Below are positions 54,102 to 63,929 of a stretch of 64,000 nt of DNA, one piece after another (the first letter of the stretch is position 1; every line of letters begins with the position of its first letter). The stretch is taken from contig OY970342.1 of NCBI GenBank assembly GCA_963717505.1, positions 2,496,001 to 2,560,000 on the forward strand, written 5' to 3'. The position numbers and the translations under genes are program-made. The notes under the pieces were generated by a model. It saw only the letters and a program-made list of their open reading frames with translations, ran no database searches and had not been told where the DNA came from. The stretch comes from Candidatus Eiseniibacteriota bacterium. GTDB taxonomy: Bacteria; Eisenbacteria; RBG-16-71-46.

Positions 54102-54902
54102 TCACGGCGTGAGCGCGGCTTTCGTCAGCTTCCAGGCCTGATCGAGCTTCGCGGTGCGTTCCCGGTACTCGGTGCGCACCTCGTCCAGCCGCTTCGTCAG
54201 GCGCTCCTTCTGCTCGCTGCGGACCGTCGCGATCTGCTGCTTCAGCGACTCGATCTTGGCTTCGCCTTCGCGTTTCACGGACTCGATGCGGGCCTTCAGC
54301 TCCTGCTGCTTGGCCCCCAGCTTCTTCCGCGTCTCCTGGACCTTCGCCTCGAGCTTCGCCTTCCGATTCGCGGAGGCCTTCTCCAACTCGGCCTCGAGCG
54401 AGTCGAGCTCCGCATCGAACGCGGCGATCTCCTTCTCGTAGTAGGCGTCCTCCACCTGGATGCGGCTGCGGCGGAAGATCCGTCCACTCAGCGCCTCCAT
54501 CCGGGTGTCGAGCGGGGTCTGCCACACCTCGTCGATCTCGGCGATGACCGCCGCGTTCCCGGGCAGCAGGAACTCCTGGACCTCGGTCACGAAGTCACTG
54601 TCGATTCCGAATCGCGTGAGATCGAACGCCGCGCCGATCAGAGTTCCGGTGCCGGCGCCGACAGCCAGGCCGACCGGGCCGCCCACCAGGCCGGCGAAGC
54701 TCCCAACCAGCAGACCGATAAACGTCCCCTCCGGCCCCGGATCGTCGGCCTTGCGAACCGACGCCTTGCCGGCCGGGTCCTTGGTGATCACGGCGTCCGC
54801 ATACAGCGTGATGCTGCCTTCCTGATGGAGGTCCCGCATCGCGCGGGATCCCTCGTAGGCCTGCTTCTCGTCTCCGAAGACGACCACCACGATCTTGTTC
54901 AT
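54102..54902 (-). CDS. DUF1269 family membrane protein with coiled-coil tail
   Basis: MNKIVVVVF, glycine zipper GLLVGSFAGLVGGPVGLAVGAGTG, FVTEV...PGNAAVIAEIDE. Confidence 0.8.
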   Translation of the reverse strand: MNKIVVVVFGDEKQAYEGSRAMRDLHQEGSITLYADAVITKDPAGKASVRKADDPGPEGTFIGLLVGSFAGLVGGPVGLAVGAGTGTLIGAAFDLTRFGIDSDFVTEVQEFLLPGNAAVIAEIDEVWQTPLDTRMEALSGRIFRRSRIQVEDAYYEKEIAAFDAELDSLEAELEKASANRKAKLEAKVQETRKKLGAKQQELKARIESVKREGEAKIESLKQQIATVRSEQKERLTKRLDEVRTEYRERTAKLDQAWKLTKAALTP

Positions 54903-54964
54903 GTCCTTCTCCTTTCGCACGAGAGGTGCACGTTGAGTTCGTTCACGATGGACGCGGGTCACTT

Positions 54965-55531
54965 CTACGAGGCATGCGACGCCAGGCCGACAGAGTGCAC
55001 GCGCCCCCAGCTCTTGAGGCGGAACCCGAGCGCGATTTGCAGGATTCCGGAGGCGATGGCGTAGCCGCCGATCCACAGCACCATGGCGAGCGCACCGACG
55101 GCCGGCGCCGCGACCAGGATCACGCCGAGGGCCACCGACAGAAGCCCCGAAAGGACGAGCCGCCACTCGCCCGTGATCTCCTTCCGCAGCCGGATCGCCG
55201 CGACGATCGTGGTCACCCCGATCGCGATGGCCCACACCGCCATGATCATGAGCAGCGCGACGGTGGTAATGGCCGGGAAGAAGAACGTTACGACACCGGT
55301 AGCGATCCCCAGCAGGCCGCCGATGACCAGCGGAACCCAAGCGGGTTCTCCGTGGCGGTTGGCGATGGCCGACACGACCATGAACACCCCGTCGGCGAGC
55401 GAGTAGGCGCCGAACATCAGCACCAGCGCCGCCAGAGTGATCCCCGGCTGGAAGAACGTGAGAACGCCGAACACAATTGCGGCGATCCCGCGCAACACCA
55501 CCCATCCCCAGTTACGACTCAGAATCTCCAT
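54965..55531 (-). CDS. HdeD/DUF308 family membrane protein
   Basis: RBS GGAGG; NWGWVVLRGI..FG..TFFQP; six TMs; AIRLRKEI.GEW. Confidence 0.88.
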   Translation of the reverse strand: MEILSRNWGWVVLRGIAAIVFGVLTFFQPGITLAALVLMFGAYSLADGVFMVVSAIANRHGEPAWVPLVIGGLLGIATGVVTFFFPAITTVALLMIMAVWAIAIGVTTIVAAIRLRKEITGEWRLVLSGLLSVALGVILVAAPAVGALAMVLWIGGYAIASGILQIALGFRLKSWGRVHSVGLASHAS

Positions 55532-55612
55532 GACCTCCTCCTTTCCTCACGGGATCACGATCCCGCGACTCACGTGTGCTCGGTCGAGCACGGTTGCCGC
55601 GTGCCTCGTATA

Positions 55613-55627
55613 TCAAGTCGTGTGCCA
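55613..55627 (-). promoter_or_regulatory. Sigma-54-type promoter (TTGA at -12) for hdeD-DUF1269
   Basis: Minus strand TGGCACACGACTTGA; inverted repeat GAATCCC-G-GGGATTC at 55688-55702. Confidence 0.6.
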
Positions 55628-55787
55628 TGGCCTGGAATGCGATGGGAGCGCAACTTACGGTTCATCGGTGACCGCGCAGGCGACGCCGAATCCCGGGGAT
55701 TCACCAGAACTGAGGACGGGCCTTGGGGACGACCGGTGACGGGCCCGAGAGCACGGTTCCGACGGACCGGAACCGCTGTGCGGCGCC

Positions 55788-55826
55788 AAAGAAAAGAGGC
55801 AGCTCCCCGCGGGACCTGCCTGTTTC
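55788..55826 (-). terminator. Rho-independent terminator
   Basis: AGGCAG...CTGCCT stem followed on the minus strand by CTTTTCTTT, downstream of the STAS gene. Confidence 0.6.
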
Positions 55827-55843
55827 TCGAATGCGGCCGTTCT

Positions 55844-56158
55844 CTATGGGGCGCTTCGATGCTGCCGAATATCAGCGGCGTCCTCGCTCGAAACCTTGCG
55901 AAGCCAGGCGAGCAGCCCCTGATCCGCACCCTCCAGGCGGACGCCCGACTCCGGACTCGAACAGAATCGCGCGACCAGTCCCGTCGCCGGCCGATCTACG
56001 CGCCACACGCCCGAGACGTCCAGCGTCAGCTCATGGCCCGAATCGAGCGCCGCGCGCACCAAGGCCTCGAGCCGCGGGACCTGGTCCGCGGTGATCTCAC
56101 CCGCCAGCCGGTAGACGACTCCGTTCGCCGAACGCCGCTGCTCCGTGATCTGCAGCAT
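55844..56158 (-). CDS. STAS-like domain protein
   Basis: RBS GGAGG; YRLAGEIT...LTLDVSGVWRVD. Confidence 0.6.
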   Translation of the reverse strand: MLQITEQRRSANGVVYRLAGEITADQVPRLEALVRAALDSGHELTLDVSGVWRVDRPATGLVARFCSSPESGVRLEGADQGLLAWLRKVSSEDAADIRQHRSAP

Positions 56159-56211
56159 GGACGTGTTGCCCTCCGTTCCGGCCCGATGCACCGCGGCCCC
56201 ACCACGACCCA

Positions 56212-56895
56212 TTACCGCTTCTCTACGGCCAGCGCCCTCACGACGACGTTGGCGTAGTACACCGTGCACTGCCCGACGCCGCCCGAGTACGCCGAGAGCG
56301 CGATCCCGCCGCGCGGAGGGGGATCGGGTCGCAGCTCCTGATCGAGCACGACTCGGCCGTCGATCGCCACTCGGCAATGGTCCCTGCCGCGGATCTCGAC
56401 GCGCATGTGGTGCCAGGTCCCGTTGGCGTTCGTGAACTTGGCCGTACCGACCGGAAACTGGTTGACGTACAGCTTGAGGTCGTCGTAGCCGGGTCCACGA
56501 AGGTCGATGCCCAGGCCCTTCTTGCCCGGCATCACACGAACCGCGCAGCCCTTGTCCACGCCGCGCATGCCGCAAACGTCGAAGTCGACCGCATAGTTGA
56601 CCCAGGTGGAATCCCCGGCGTAGAGGAAGGAGTGGGCCTGCTTCTCGTCGGGGAGCTCGGCGCGCAGGACACCCTCACGGATGCTCCAAACCGAGGTGTC
56701 GTCGGTGGTCCATCCTTTCAGACTCCCGTCGGCAAACTCGTCCACGAACATGACGTCCGCCCGGCGATCGAACTTCGGCGTCGGCGGGGGCGCCGGGGCT
56801 CGCCCGGGATCCGGCGGGGTGTCGGCTACTGCGAGCGCTGCCGCCAGACCGACGAGGATCGGCCAACTTGCCAAGATGCGACTAGGCCGTTTCAT
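56212..56895 (-). CDS. Secreted DUF1080 (3-keto-disaccharide hydrolase-like) jelly-roll protein
   Basis: Signal peptide; DGSLKGW, WSIREG, WHHMRVEIRG, GGIAL. Confidence 0.65.
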   Translation of the reverse strand: MKRPSRILASWPILVGLAAALAVADTPPDPGRAPAPPPTPKFDRRADVMFVDEFADGSLKGWTTDDTSVWSIREGVLRAELPDEKQAHSFLYAGDSTWVNYAVDFDVCGMRGVDKGCAVRVMPGKKGLGIDLRGPGYDDLKLYVNQFPVGTAKFTNANGTWHHMRVEIRGRDHCRVAIDGRVVLDQELRPDPPPRGGIALSAYSGGVGQCTVYYANVVVRALAVEKR

Positions 56896-56938
56896 ACAGA
56901 GCACTCTGAGTGCTGCCGGCCAAAGCCCAAGACGCTGA

Positions 56939-57688
56939 TCATGACGCTGCAGAAGTGACGTCTTTGCGGCCCGTCATGCCGTTTGGCAAGGCGAGCCCGA
57001 CGCGCTTGCGAGACATGGGCCCACCGCGATCCAGGTTGGCGAGCATGAACGCGGCGGCGTCAGCGTAGGGAATGATCATCTGTGAGATCTTCATCGCGAA
57101 GAGTGGCAGCACCAGCGGATCGGGCAGCAGCTTCGCCACCGCCGGCATGGCCACGGGCAGGCGTTCGAGCGACACGCGCAGTCGATGGATCCCGACGGCT
57201 GGTTGATCCACCATCGGCCCGGGGCAGAGCAACCGCCACTCGATGGTGGACCGCTGGAGGCGTTCGAAGTTGACCCGATGCGGCCAGTACGTGTCGCGCA
57301 CCTTCGGGAGGTCGAGGCCGCGCCGGCCCGAGGAATCGAGATCGAGCAGGCCCGCGCCAGCGAGCAGCCAGCACAGTGGCCTGCGGTCCCCGGGCAATGT
57401 CTCGACACTGGAGACGACGCGATCGAACAGATCGACGAAACGCTGGCCCTCGGTGACGAGGCCGGCGCAGCTGACCAGCACATCGTGCCCTGAGATGAAT
57501 TCGCCCAGCTGCGAAGGCTGTTGTTGCATGAGATCACCGGTCGTGATCCTCGCTATCGAGGCGATGTCCGGCGGCAATTTGGCCGGCACGCGCACCAGTG
57601 CCGATACGTCGTGACCTGAGGCGACCGCGAGCCGGGCGACATGCGATCCGAGCGAGCCGGTTGCACCGAAGATGGCGATTCGCGTCAT
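56939..57688 (-). CDS. NAD(P)-binding oxidoreductase (atypical SDR / biliverdin reductase B-like)
   Basis: IAIFGATGSLG, GHDVSALVR, WRLLCPG. Confidence 0.82.
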   Translation of the reverse strand: MTRIAIFGATGSLGSHVARLAVASGHDVSALVRVPAKLPPDIASIARITTGDLMQQQPSQLGEFISGHDVLVSCAGLVTEGQRFVDLFDRVVSSVETLPGDRRPLCWLLAGAGLLDLDSSGRRGLDLPKVRDTYWPHRVNFERLQRSTIEWRLLCPGPMVDQPAVGIHRLRVSLERLPVAMPAVAKLLPDPLVLPLFAMKISQMIIPYADAAAFMLANLDRGGPMSRKRVGLALPNGMTGRKDVTSAAS

Positions 57689-57870
57689 GGGTCTTCGCTC
57701 CCGCCGCGCTCCTCTGTGCGTTCGGAGCGCCTGATCTCCCCGAACAGCCCGAGACGTGAAACCCGCGGACGCCACCAGGGCGAGAGGTCCCCGAGCAGGG
57801 CCAGTGCCAGCAGGCCCATGCCCCACCAGAAGGGCGTAAGTGCAATCGTGATCAGCATGGTGGTGTTCAT
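57685..57870 (-). CDS. Small membrane protein
   Basis: RBS GAGGA; one hydrophobic helix; 4-bp overlap with the downstream gene. Confidence 0.5.
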   Translation of the reverse strand: MNTTMLITIALTPFWWGMGLLALALLGDLSPWWRPRVSRLGLFGEIRRSERTEERGGSEDP

Positions 57871-57910
57871 TGTCGTCCTCACTCCGCGTGAAGTCTCCAC
57901 CCAGCCCTAA

Positions 57911-57925
57911 TCAAGCGGTGTGCCA
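57911..57925 (-). promoter_or_regulatory. Sigma-54-type promoter (TTGA at -12)
   Basis: Minus strand TGGCACACCGCTTGA; inverted repeat GAATC-N4-GATTC at 57993-58006; adjacent to a sigma-54 activator gene. Confidence 0.6.
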
Positions 57926-58044
57926 TCGAGGACATGTTGCGGCCGAATGAGTTACATCGCCGTTCGCAAGTGCGGCCCCCACGAAGGACGGGGAATCCTC
58001 CGATTCTGGGGACCGGGCGGCCCGGTGTGCGCGACGAAAGTCGT

Positions 58045-59688
58045 CTACGGCTTCGGACGGAACCGCGCTTTGTCGATGTGGTAGAGCCGGATCTTGTTGT
58101 CCAGGGTGGCCGGAGGGATCCCCAGCCGCCGCGCCGCACCGCGGGTGCCCGCGACCCGGCCTTCGCAGGCCTCAAGCGCTTCCTCGATGAGCTTCTTCTC
58201 CTGGGCGCGCAGCCCTTCCCGCAGGTTGCCTCGCGCCACCGCCGCCGGGGCGATCCACGAGCCCTCCGGTCTCGGGACCGATGACAACTCCATCATCTGT
58301 TCGTCGAGGCGGAGCGGTCCGCCCTCGGAGAGGATCGTGGCGCGCTCTACGAGGTTCCCGAGTTCGCGCACGTTTCCCGGCCAGTCGTAATCCATCATGC
58401 GCCCGAGGCTCTCCGGGTCGATTCCGGCGTAGTTGAGCCCGCGCCGTTCCGCAAGGCGCCGTGCGAAGTACTCGACGAGGGCCGGGATGTCGTCCCGGCG
58501 CTCGCGCAGCGGCGGCAGCTCGATCGGGAACACGCTCAGGCGGTAGTAGAGGTCCTCGCGGAACGAGGCCTGGGCCACACTCGTGCGCAGGTCGCGATGG
58601 GTCGCCGCGATGACACGCACGTCAGTGCGCAGCGTGTGCGAGCCGCCCACGCGCTCGAACTCCTGCTCCTGAAGCACGCGGAGCAGCGCCACCTGCAGGT
58701 CGAGCGGCAGGTCACCGATCTCGTCCAGGAAGATGGTGCCTCCGGCTGCCAGCTCGAAGCGACCCTGACGCCGTTGGGTGGCCCCGGTGAATGCGCCCCG
58801 CTCGTGGCCGAACAGCTCGGAAGCGATCAGTCCCGGCGACAACGCCGCGCAGTTCAGGGACACGAGCGGGCCTTTCGCGCGCGGCGAGCGTTGATGGATG
58901 GCGCGCGCGATCAGCTCCTTGCCCGTGCCGGTCTCGCCGAGGATCAGCACCGTGGTGTCGGTGGGACCGACCCTCTCGACTCGCTTGAGCACCGCGCGCA
59001 GCGCGCTCGAGCTTCCGACGATCTCGCCGAACATGCCACGCTCGGCGACTTCCTGACGCAAGGCGACGTTCTCGCGCACGAGCTGGGCGCGGAGCTGCAG
59101 GATCTCCTGATAGGCCAGAGCATTGGCCACCGCACCCGCGACCGGCTGCGAGAGCTGCTCCAGCAGATGGGCGTCGTGGGGGCTCAAAGGGGGAGGGTGC
59201 AGACGACCGTAAAACAGTGCCCCGAGAAACGTGTCGCGCACGAACATCGGCACGTAGACGCAGGACCGGGACCCGCTCGCCAGGAGGACGTCGCGCTCGG
59301 CGAAATGATACTCGCTCTGAATGTCGCAACAGAGATGCGCGCGGCGGGTGTCACGCACGTGCTCGACGACGGTGCCGGCCAGCGGAATCTCCGGGACCTC
59401 ATCGGGGTTCTCGGGCGACTCGCCACGGAAGCGGTGCATCATGTGGCCGATGGATTCGCCCGGGCGGCGCAGCTCGGTGGAGTGGAAGGAGAAGAGCCGA
59501 ACCCGATCCCGATCGTTGCCGGAAATCACCACCACCCCGGCGGCTTCCACGCGCACGTGGCGCCTCACGGCACCGGACAGGGCCTCGAGCAGCCGGTCGA
59601 TCTCGAGATGGGAGTTGGCCGCCTCCGAGACTTCGAGGAGGAGGCGGTACGGCAACCCGCCTTGCGGTCCGCCGTCCCCGGACGTCAT
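58045..59688 (-). CDS. Sigma-54 enhancer-binding protein, GAF-AAA-HTH (FhlA-like)
   Basis: GAF domain; [28 protein letters not shown]; C-terminal HTH; exact start uncertain. Confidence 0.92.
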   Translation of the reverse strand: MTSGDGGPQGGLPYRLLLEVSEAANSHLEIDRLLEALSGAVRRHVRVEAAGVVVISGNDRDRVRLFSFHSTELRRPGESIGHMMHRFRGESPENPDEVPEIPLAGTVVEHVRDTRRAHLCCDIQSEYHFAERDVLLASGSRSCVYVPMFVRDTFLGALFYGRLHPPPLSPHDAHLLEQLSQPVAGAVANALAYQEILQLRAQLVRENVALRQEVAERGMFGEIVGSSSALRAVLKRVERVGPTDTTVLILGETGTGKELIARAIHQRSPRAKGPLVSLNCAALSPGLIASELFGHERGAFTGATQRRQGRFELAAGGTIFLDEIGDLPLDLQVALLRVLQEQEFERVGGSHTLRTDVRVIAATHRDLRTSVAQASFREDLYYRLSVFPIELPPLRERRDDIPALVEYFARRLAERRGLNYAGIDPESLGRMMDYDWPGNVRELGNLVERATILSEGGPLRLDEQMMELSSVPRPEGSWIAPAAVARGNLREGLRAQEKKLIEEALEACEGRVAGTRGAARRLGIPPATLDNKIRLYHIDKARFRPKP

Positions 59689-59881
59689 CCGAGGGCTTCC
59701 CACTTCCCAGAACTCTCCTGGGGTGGCTGGGTGCAGTACGAACGGGGCTGCAGTCTCACGTTCGAGCCGAGTCTCGCTGGCTGCGGCGCCGAATGACGGA
59801 CGCCTCGAGTCCACGCCATCCGAACCGGGAAGCTGCTGTCGTGACGGAAGCGGAGGGTATCACGGGCGCTGAGCCTGCTGT

Positions 59882-59911
59882 CACTTCTGCCGCTCCCACT
59901 TCTGCCGCTCC
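59882..59911. repeat. 15-bp perfect tandem duplication
   Basis: CACTTCTGCCGCTCC twice, between the activator gene and tRNA-Cys. Confidence 0.85.
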
Positions 59912-60056
59912 CAACCCAACCTTCAACGTAGCCATCACTGCGGCCAGTCCCCAAGGAATGCCGGCTGACCTGCGAAAGGCGATGGTCCAATAGTCCATCG
60001 TGGCTGGAATCTCCCCCGCGCCTGCGCTATAAGTCTCCGCCCCACAACTTCTTCGA

Positions 60057-60131
60057 GGCGGCATAGCCAAGTGGTAAGGCGAGGGTCTGCAAAACCCTTA
60101 TTCCCCGGTTCGAATCCGGGTGCCGCCTCCA
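60057..60131 (+). tRNA. tRNA-Cys (GCA)
   Basis: GGCGGCA/TGCCGCC acceptor stem, D-loop AAGTGGTAA, anticodon loop CTGCAAA, TTCGAAT T-loop, encoded CCA. Confidence 0.97.
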
Positions 60132-60184
60132 TTGTTCCCGGGTTTGGGCGAGGACGCGCCGTGCTCCGTGTTGGGTCCAAGCCG

Positions 60185-60724
60185 ATGCTCCGCGGGCTTC
60201 TCGACGTCGGCTTCGCGGTCGCCTTGGTCCTTCCCCTGGCAGCGTGCACGCCCGGAGGCACGTCCAAGACTGGAAAGAGCGCGCAGGAGGGTTTTGTCAC
60301 TGCCGACGACGGCGTGCGTCTGTTCTACCGCAAGGTAGGCAACGGACCGCAAACCATCGTGCTTCCCGGCGATCTGTTTCTGCACCCGGCCCTGGACGGT
60401 CTCTCCGAGGGACGCACCCTCGTCTTCTACGACATGCGCAACCGCGGGCGCTCGGATTCGGTGTCGATCGAGCGCAAGAACACGATCCGCCGTGATGTCG
60501 TCGATCTCGAGAACCTGCGCACGCAGCTCGGCATCGATCGAATGAGCCTGGTGGGCTCGAACGCGCGGCTGCTGACCATCGACGGTGCCGCGCCCTGCCC
60601 GTGGGCGGACGAGCCCGAGCTCGTGCTATCGGCGATGGACGTCTTCTTCGATGGCGACTGGCCGGAGCGCGCGGAAAAAGTGGCGACGCTGGAACCGACG
60701 GCTGCCGGTTTGCCTTCGCGCTAA
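60185..60724 (+). pseudogene. Alpha/beta hydrolase lipoprotein with internal deletion
   Basis: LFYRKVGNG, FYDMRNRGRS, DLENLRTQLG, then MSLVGS joins directly to NARLLTIDGAAPCPW; the nucleophile elbow, cap domain and catalytic His are missing. Confidence 0.65.
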
Positions 60725-61560
60725 CGCAGCAGCCCCGAGCACACCGCCCAAAGCAGTGAAGCCGCCAGTGCCAAGGCGGACAGCAGGCCCAGGATTCGAA
60801 CCGCGATTCCCGGCCCGCGTCCCTCGAGCCTCGGATTGAGCGGCGTCACCATGCCCAGGATCACCCCCACCAGGGTCCCCGCGGCGTGAGCGATGTTGTC
60901 GGTACCGTTCCGCGTGAGTCCGTTGGCGAGGCCCTGCGCCACCAGAAACAGAAACGCGCCGCCGAGTGCTCGGGCTCGCCCCGGGGCGAGTCGGTGACGC
61001 AGGCGAAACGCCGCGGCGAGCAACGCGCCACCAAGGGCGAAGATTGCGCCCGAGGCGCCGACGCTGACGCTGAGCCCCGTCTCGTGACGCTGCGTGCGCC
61101 AGATCAGGCTGGCCCAGGACGCCGCAGCACCGCCGCCGGCAAAGACGATGAAGAAGCCCCAGCGGGTGAAGATGCGCTCGACGGCGGGCCCGAAGATGAG
61201 CATGCTGGTCGCGTTGAAGAAGACATGTGCGATGCCGGAGTGGAGGAACGTCGACGCGAGCAGACGCCACGACGTGTCGAGCGGTCCGAGTCCGGTGGCG
61301 CTGGCTCCCCAGACCAGGAGCGACCAGGGATCGCCGAGATCGCCGCGCACCGCGAGCCCCGCGAACACCAGCGCCCAGGCGAACAGCAGCGCTACCGTTG
61401 CCCACGGGTGGATGTCCCGCAGCGCGGTCCAGAGCTCGAAGGGGGGCGGCTCGTCCGGGTCGGGTGGAACGTAACCGGCGGCGAGATCCTCGGGATCGAG
61501 TGGCTCGGAGGAATCGGAATCCGCGCTCCGATCGACGTGGGTCGGACGCTCGTCGCTCAC
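60721..61560 (-). CDS. Rhomboid family intramembrane serine protease
   Basis: WRLLASTFLH, HVFFN, GASG, AHAAG. Confidence 0.92.
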   Translation of the reverse strand: MSDERPTHVDRSADSDSSEPLDPEDLAAGYVPPDPDEPPPFELWTALRDIHPWATVALLFAWALVFAGLAVRGDLGDPWSLLVWGASATGLGPLDTSWRLLASTFLHSGIAHVFFNATSMLIFGPAVERIFTRWGFFIVFAGGGAAASWASLIWRTQRHETGLSVSVGASGAIFALGGALLAAAFRLRHRLAPGRARALGGAFLFLVAQGLANGLTRNGTDNIAHAAGTLVGVILGMVTPLNPRLEGRGPGIAVRILGLLSALALAASLLWAVCSGLLR

Positions 61561-62258
61561 CGTTTGCCTCGCCGGCGGGATCCGGTCTCGGGAACGAACG
61601 ACAGAGTCAGCGCGTAGCGAAGGCGGGACGCATCGGTGGCGTCGCTGCGCCGGCGTGCGTGACGCTCCAGCAACCGCATGAGGTCCGAGCGCAAGGCCCG
61701 GATCTGTGCACTCGTGCCGGTGACCAGCGTGCGCGCCACGAAAGGCTCGATGCCCGGTTCGAGCCGCACGGAGATTCGGCGGAGCGAGCGGATGTCTCCG
61801 AGTCCCAGGTTCATCACTGACAGTGCCGCGCGAACCACGCCGGCGGCCGCGCGGGACTCCTGAGCGCGGGCGCGGGCGACGTGCGACCCCGCCGGCGGGG
61901 GTGACGCGTTGCCGACGCCACGCGCCCGCGCCGATCGGCGGGTCGGGCGCTCGAGCACGCCGCGGCCGAACTCGAAGCTCCGCGCGACCGCCTCGTAGTA
62001 GCGCTCGGTCGTCCCGCGATTCGGCCGGACCTCCCGGAGCCGGATCAGCCCCCCGCGCTCCAGCACCTGAACGTGATGGTAGAGGCGCGTGGGTGGCTCG
62101 CCCAGCTGCTCGGCGACCTGCTTCGCGGTCGCCGGTCGCTCGGCGAGCGACTGAAGCAGGCGCAGCCTCAGGGGATGGGCCAGCACGCGAACCTGGGCCA
62201 AATCGTTGAGCTGGGCGCGCTCGAGTTTTGCGCCCGAGACCGTTCGCCGACGGGGCAT
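61557..62258 (-). CDS. ArsR-like winged-helix transcriptional regulator
   Basis: LAHPLRLRLL, TAKQVAEQLG, LYHHVQVLERGGLI, ERYYEAVA. Confidence 0.85.
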   Translation of the reverse strand: MPRRRTVSGAKLERAQLNDLAQVRVLAHPLRLRLLQSLAERPATAKQVAEQLGEPPTRLYHHVQVLERGGLIRLREVRPNRGTTERYYEAVARSFEFGRGVLERPTRRSARARGVGNASPPPAGSHVARARAQESRAAAGVVRAALSVMNLGLGDIRSLRRISVRLEPGIEPFVARTLVTGTSAQIRALRSDLMRLLERHARRRSDATDASRLRYALTLSFVPETGSRRRGKR

Positions 62259-62308
62259 GCCCCCAGTGTACTCCGAGGGTTGCATCGAAACCAAATAGTC
62301 AGCTAGAG

Positions 62309-62320
62309 TTGAATAATCAA
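62309..62320. promoter_or_regulatory. Candidate operator in a divergent promoter
   Basis: TTGA-ATAA-TCAA palindrome in an AT-rich patch just after TTGCAT-N18-TAGAGT. Confidence 0.35.
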
Positions 62321-62404
62321 ATCATGGCCGGCCGTTCCACTCCGACGGCGTTGAATGCTCACGACGAGCGACGCGTCGACGGCCGCCGGTGAGACGTTCC
62401 GTCC

Positions 62405-63133
62405 ATGGAGGTGGAAACCATGCGGTCCACGCATCCGCTTCGCCTGTTCGACCACGTCTTCGCATTGTTCCTGATGGTTGGCTTTCCACTGCTTGCCAAG
62501 TTCTGGGGCTATCCGCAGCTGCTCGCGGCCCTGGATCGCGGCGACCCCGGAGCGCGCACCGGCTCCTACCTGACCACCATGGCCATCCAGTGGATGTTGG
62601 TCGCGATCCTGGGGATCGCGTGGGTCCGGCTGGCCCGCACGACCGCAGCCCTGGGTTGGGCTTGGCCGCGCGGTTGGCGGCGGATCCTCGCGATCGCCCT
62701 TCCCGTGGTTGCCATCGTCCTGGCCTGGCTTCAATACGCAGCGGTCACCACCCAGCCGATGGCGATGGAACAAGCGCGCACGCAGATGGGGGATCTGGTG
62801 CGCATGGTCCCGCATACGCGAGCCGAACTGAACGCGTTCATGGCGCTGTCGGTGACCGCGGGATTCTGCGAGGAAATGCTCTACCGCTCGTTCCTGATCG
62901 GCTACGTGTCGCGTTTCATGCCGCCCAGGGTCGCCGCGATTGCGACCGGGATCGTGTTCGGCTTCGGGCACATCTACCAGGGCGTCGATGGCGCGATCCA
63001 AACCGGCATCGTCGGCATTGTGCTGGGGATTCTCTATGTGGTGATGGGCAGCGTGTGGCCGCTCATGGCGGTTCACGCGATCGCCGACATCGGCGGGGGG
63101 TGGGCAGGATTCGCGGTCGCAAGCGGTTCCTGA
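62405..63133 (+). CDS. CPBP (CAAX/Abi) family intramembrane metalloprotease
   Basis: EEMLYR, FGFGHIYQG, VHAIAD motifs; multiple TMs. Confidence 0.92.
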   Translation: MEVETMRSTHPLRLFDHVFALFLMVGFPLLAKFWGYPQLLAALDRGDPGARTGSYLTTMAIQWMLVAILGIAWVRLARTTAALGWAWPRGWRRILAIALPVVAIVLAWLQYAAVTTQPMAMEQARTQMGDLVRMVPHTRAELNAFMALSVTAGFCEEMLYRSFLIGYVSRFMPPRVAAIATGIVFGFGHIYQGVDGAIQTGIVGIVLGILYVVMGSVWPLMAVHAIADIGGGWAGFAVASGS

Positions 63134-63158
63134 AACGGGACGTCCCGAGATTGACATG

Positions 63159-63186
63159 TCAAGCTCCGGCCGCCGGCTGCCGATTC
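63159..63186 (+). promoter_or_regulatory. Sigma-28-like promoter
   Basis: TCAAG-N15-GCCGATTC. Confidence 0.5.
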
Positions 63187-63333
63187 ACTCCCCAGGGCAG
63201 GCTGGTACGGGCTGGGTATTTCTTCTCCCGGCCGGACCACTCGTCCCGGCCGATGCTTCCCTCACGGGTCCTCGGCGTTCACCGCGCTTCCCCGGCGCGA
63301 CCCCAAAGTCTTCCGACGCGCGTGGAGTCCGAC

Positions 63334-63567
63334 ATGCCGCGCAATACGCTCAAGTCGTTCCCAACCGCGAGGCTGCGCCGCGGTCTCGCGCACGTTCACC
63401 CGCTGTGCGCCGCGCCCTTGGCGCCGCCCGTGGAACCGCGGGATCCGAGGCCGCCGCGCTCCGAGGATCCCGTCACCGGGAATGGTCCGGAACCGAACGG
63501 GCCATGGGCCGTGGCTCCGGCGAGCGATCCCACGGCGCTCGTGTCCGTGGGCGATTCGGCGGCCTGA
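63334..63567 (+). CDS. Possible small Pro-rich protein
   Basis: GGAG upstream of ATG; 77 codons; no recognisable family. Confidence 0.3.
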   Translation: MPRNTLKSFPTARLRRGLAHVHPLCAAPLAPPVEPRDPRPPRSEDPVTGNGPEPNGPWAVAPASDPTALVSVGDSAA

Positions 63568-63575
63568 GTTCCTCT

Positions 63576-63848
63576 ATGTACCTCGCGTTCCAGCGCCTGG
63601 CCCCTGGCCCGCGGATGTCCCGCGCACTGCACCCGCCACTGCTCGCGGGACTCGCGGCATCGTTCGCCATGTCCGCGCTGGGGCCCGTCGCTCCCGATGG
63701 GGTGCTCGGGGTTCTGGTGACCGGTTCCCTGGGCGTCGTTGTCTACCTCGTGGGTCCGGCGAGTCGAGGTGAGTTGTTGCGGGCGAATTCGAACGGAATT
63801 CCATCGGTGACGCCGGCCGCGGTCGAACCGGAGCGGAAGGCGGCGTGA
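63576..63848 (+). CDS. Small two-TM membrane protein
   Basis: Two hydrophobic helices; ends ERKAA; start could be 63576 or 63615. Confidence 0.45.
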   Translation: MYLAFQRLAPGPRMSRALHPPLLAGLAASFAMSALGPVAPDGVLGVLVTGSLGVVVYLVGPASRGELLRANSNGIPSVTPAAVEPERKAA

Positions 63849-63901
63849 GACTCGATGCAATTCGCAACCTCGCGGGTCATTCGAACCGGCCTACTCACGC
63901 C

Positions 63902-63929
63902 TCAAGCGCCTTCCTGGAACCGCCGATAG
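63902..63929 (+). promoter_or_regulatory. Sigma-28-like promoter for a gene starting at the window edge
   Basis: TCAAG-N15-GCCGATAG; the window ends GAGACCAT, a probable start codon context. Confidence 0.55.

Noticed and set aside
60057-60131. tRNA as the att site of an integrated element
   Set aside because: No integrase and no second copy of the tRNA 3' end were found in the window.
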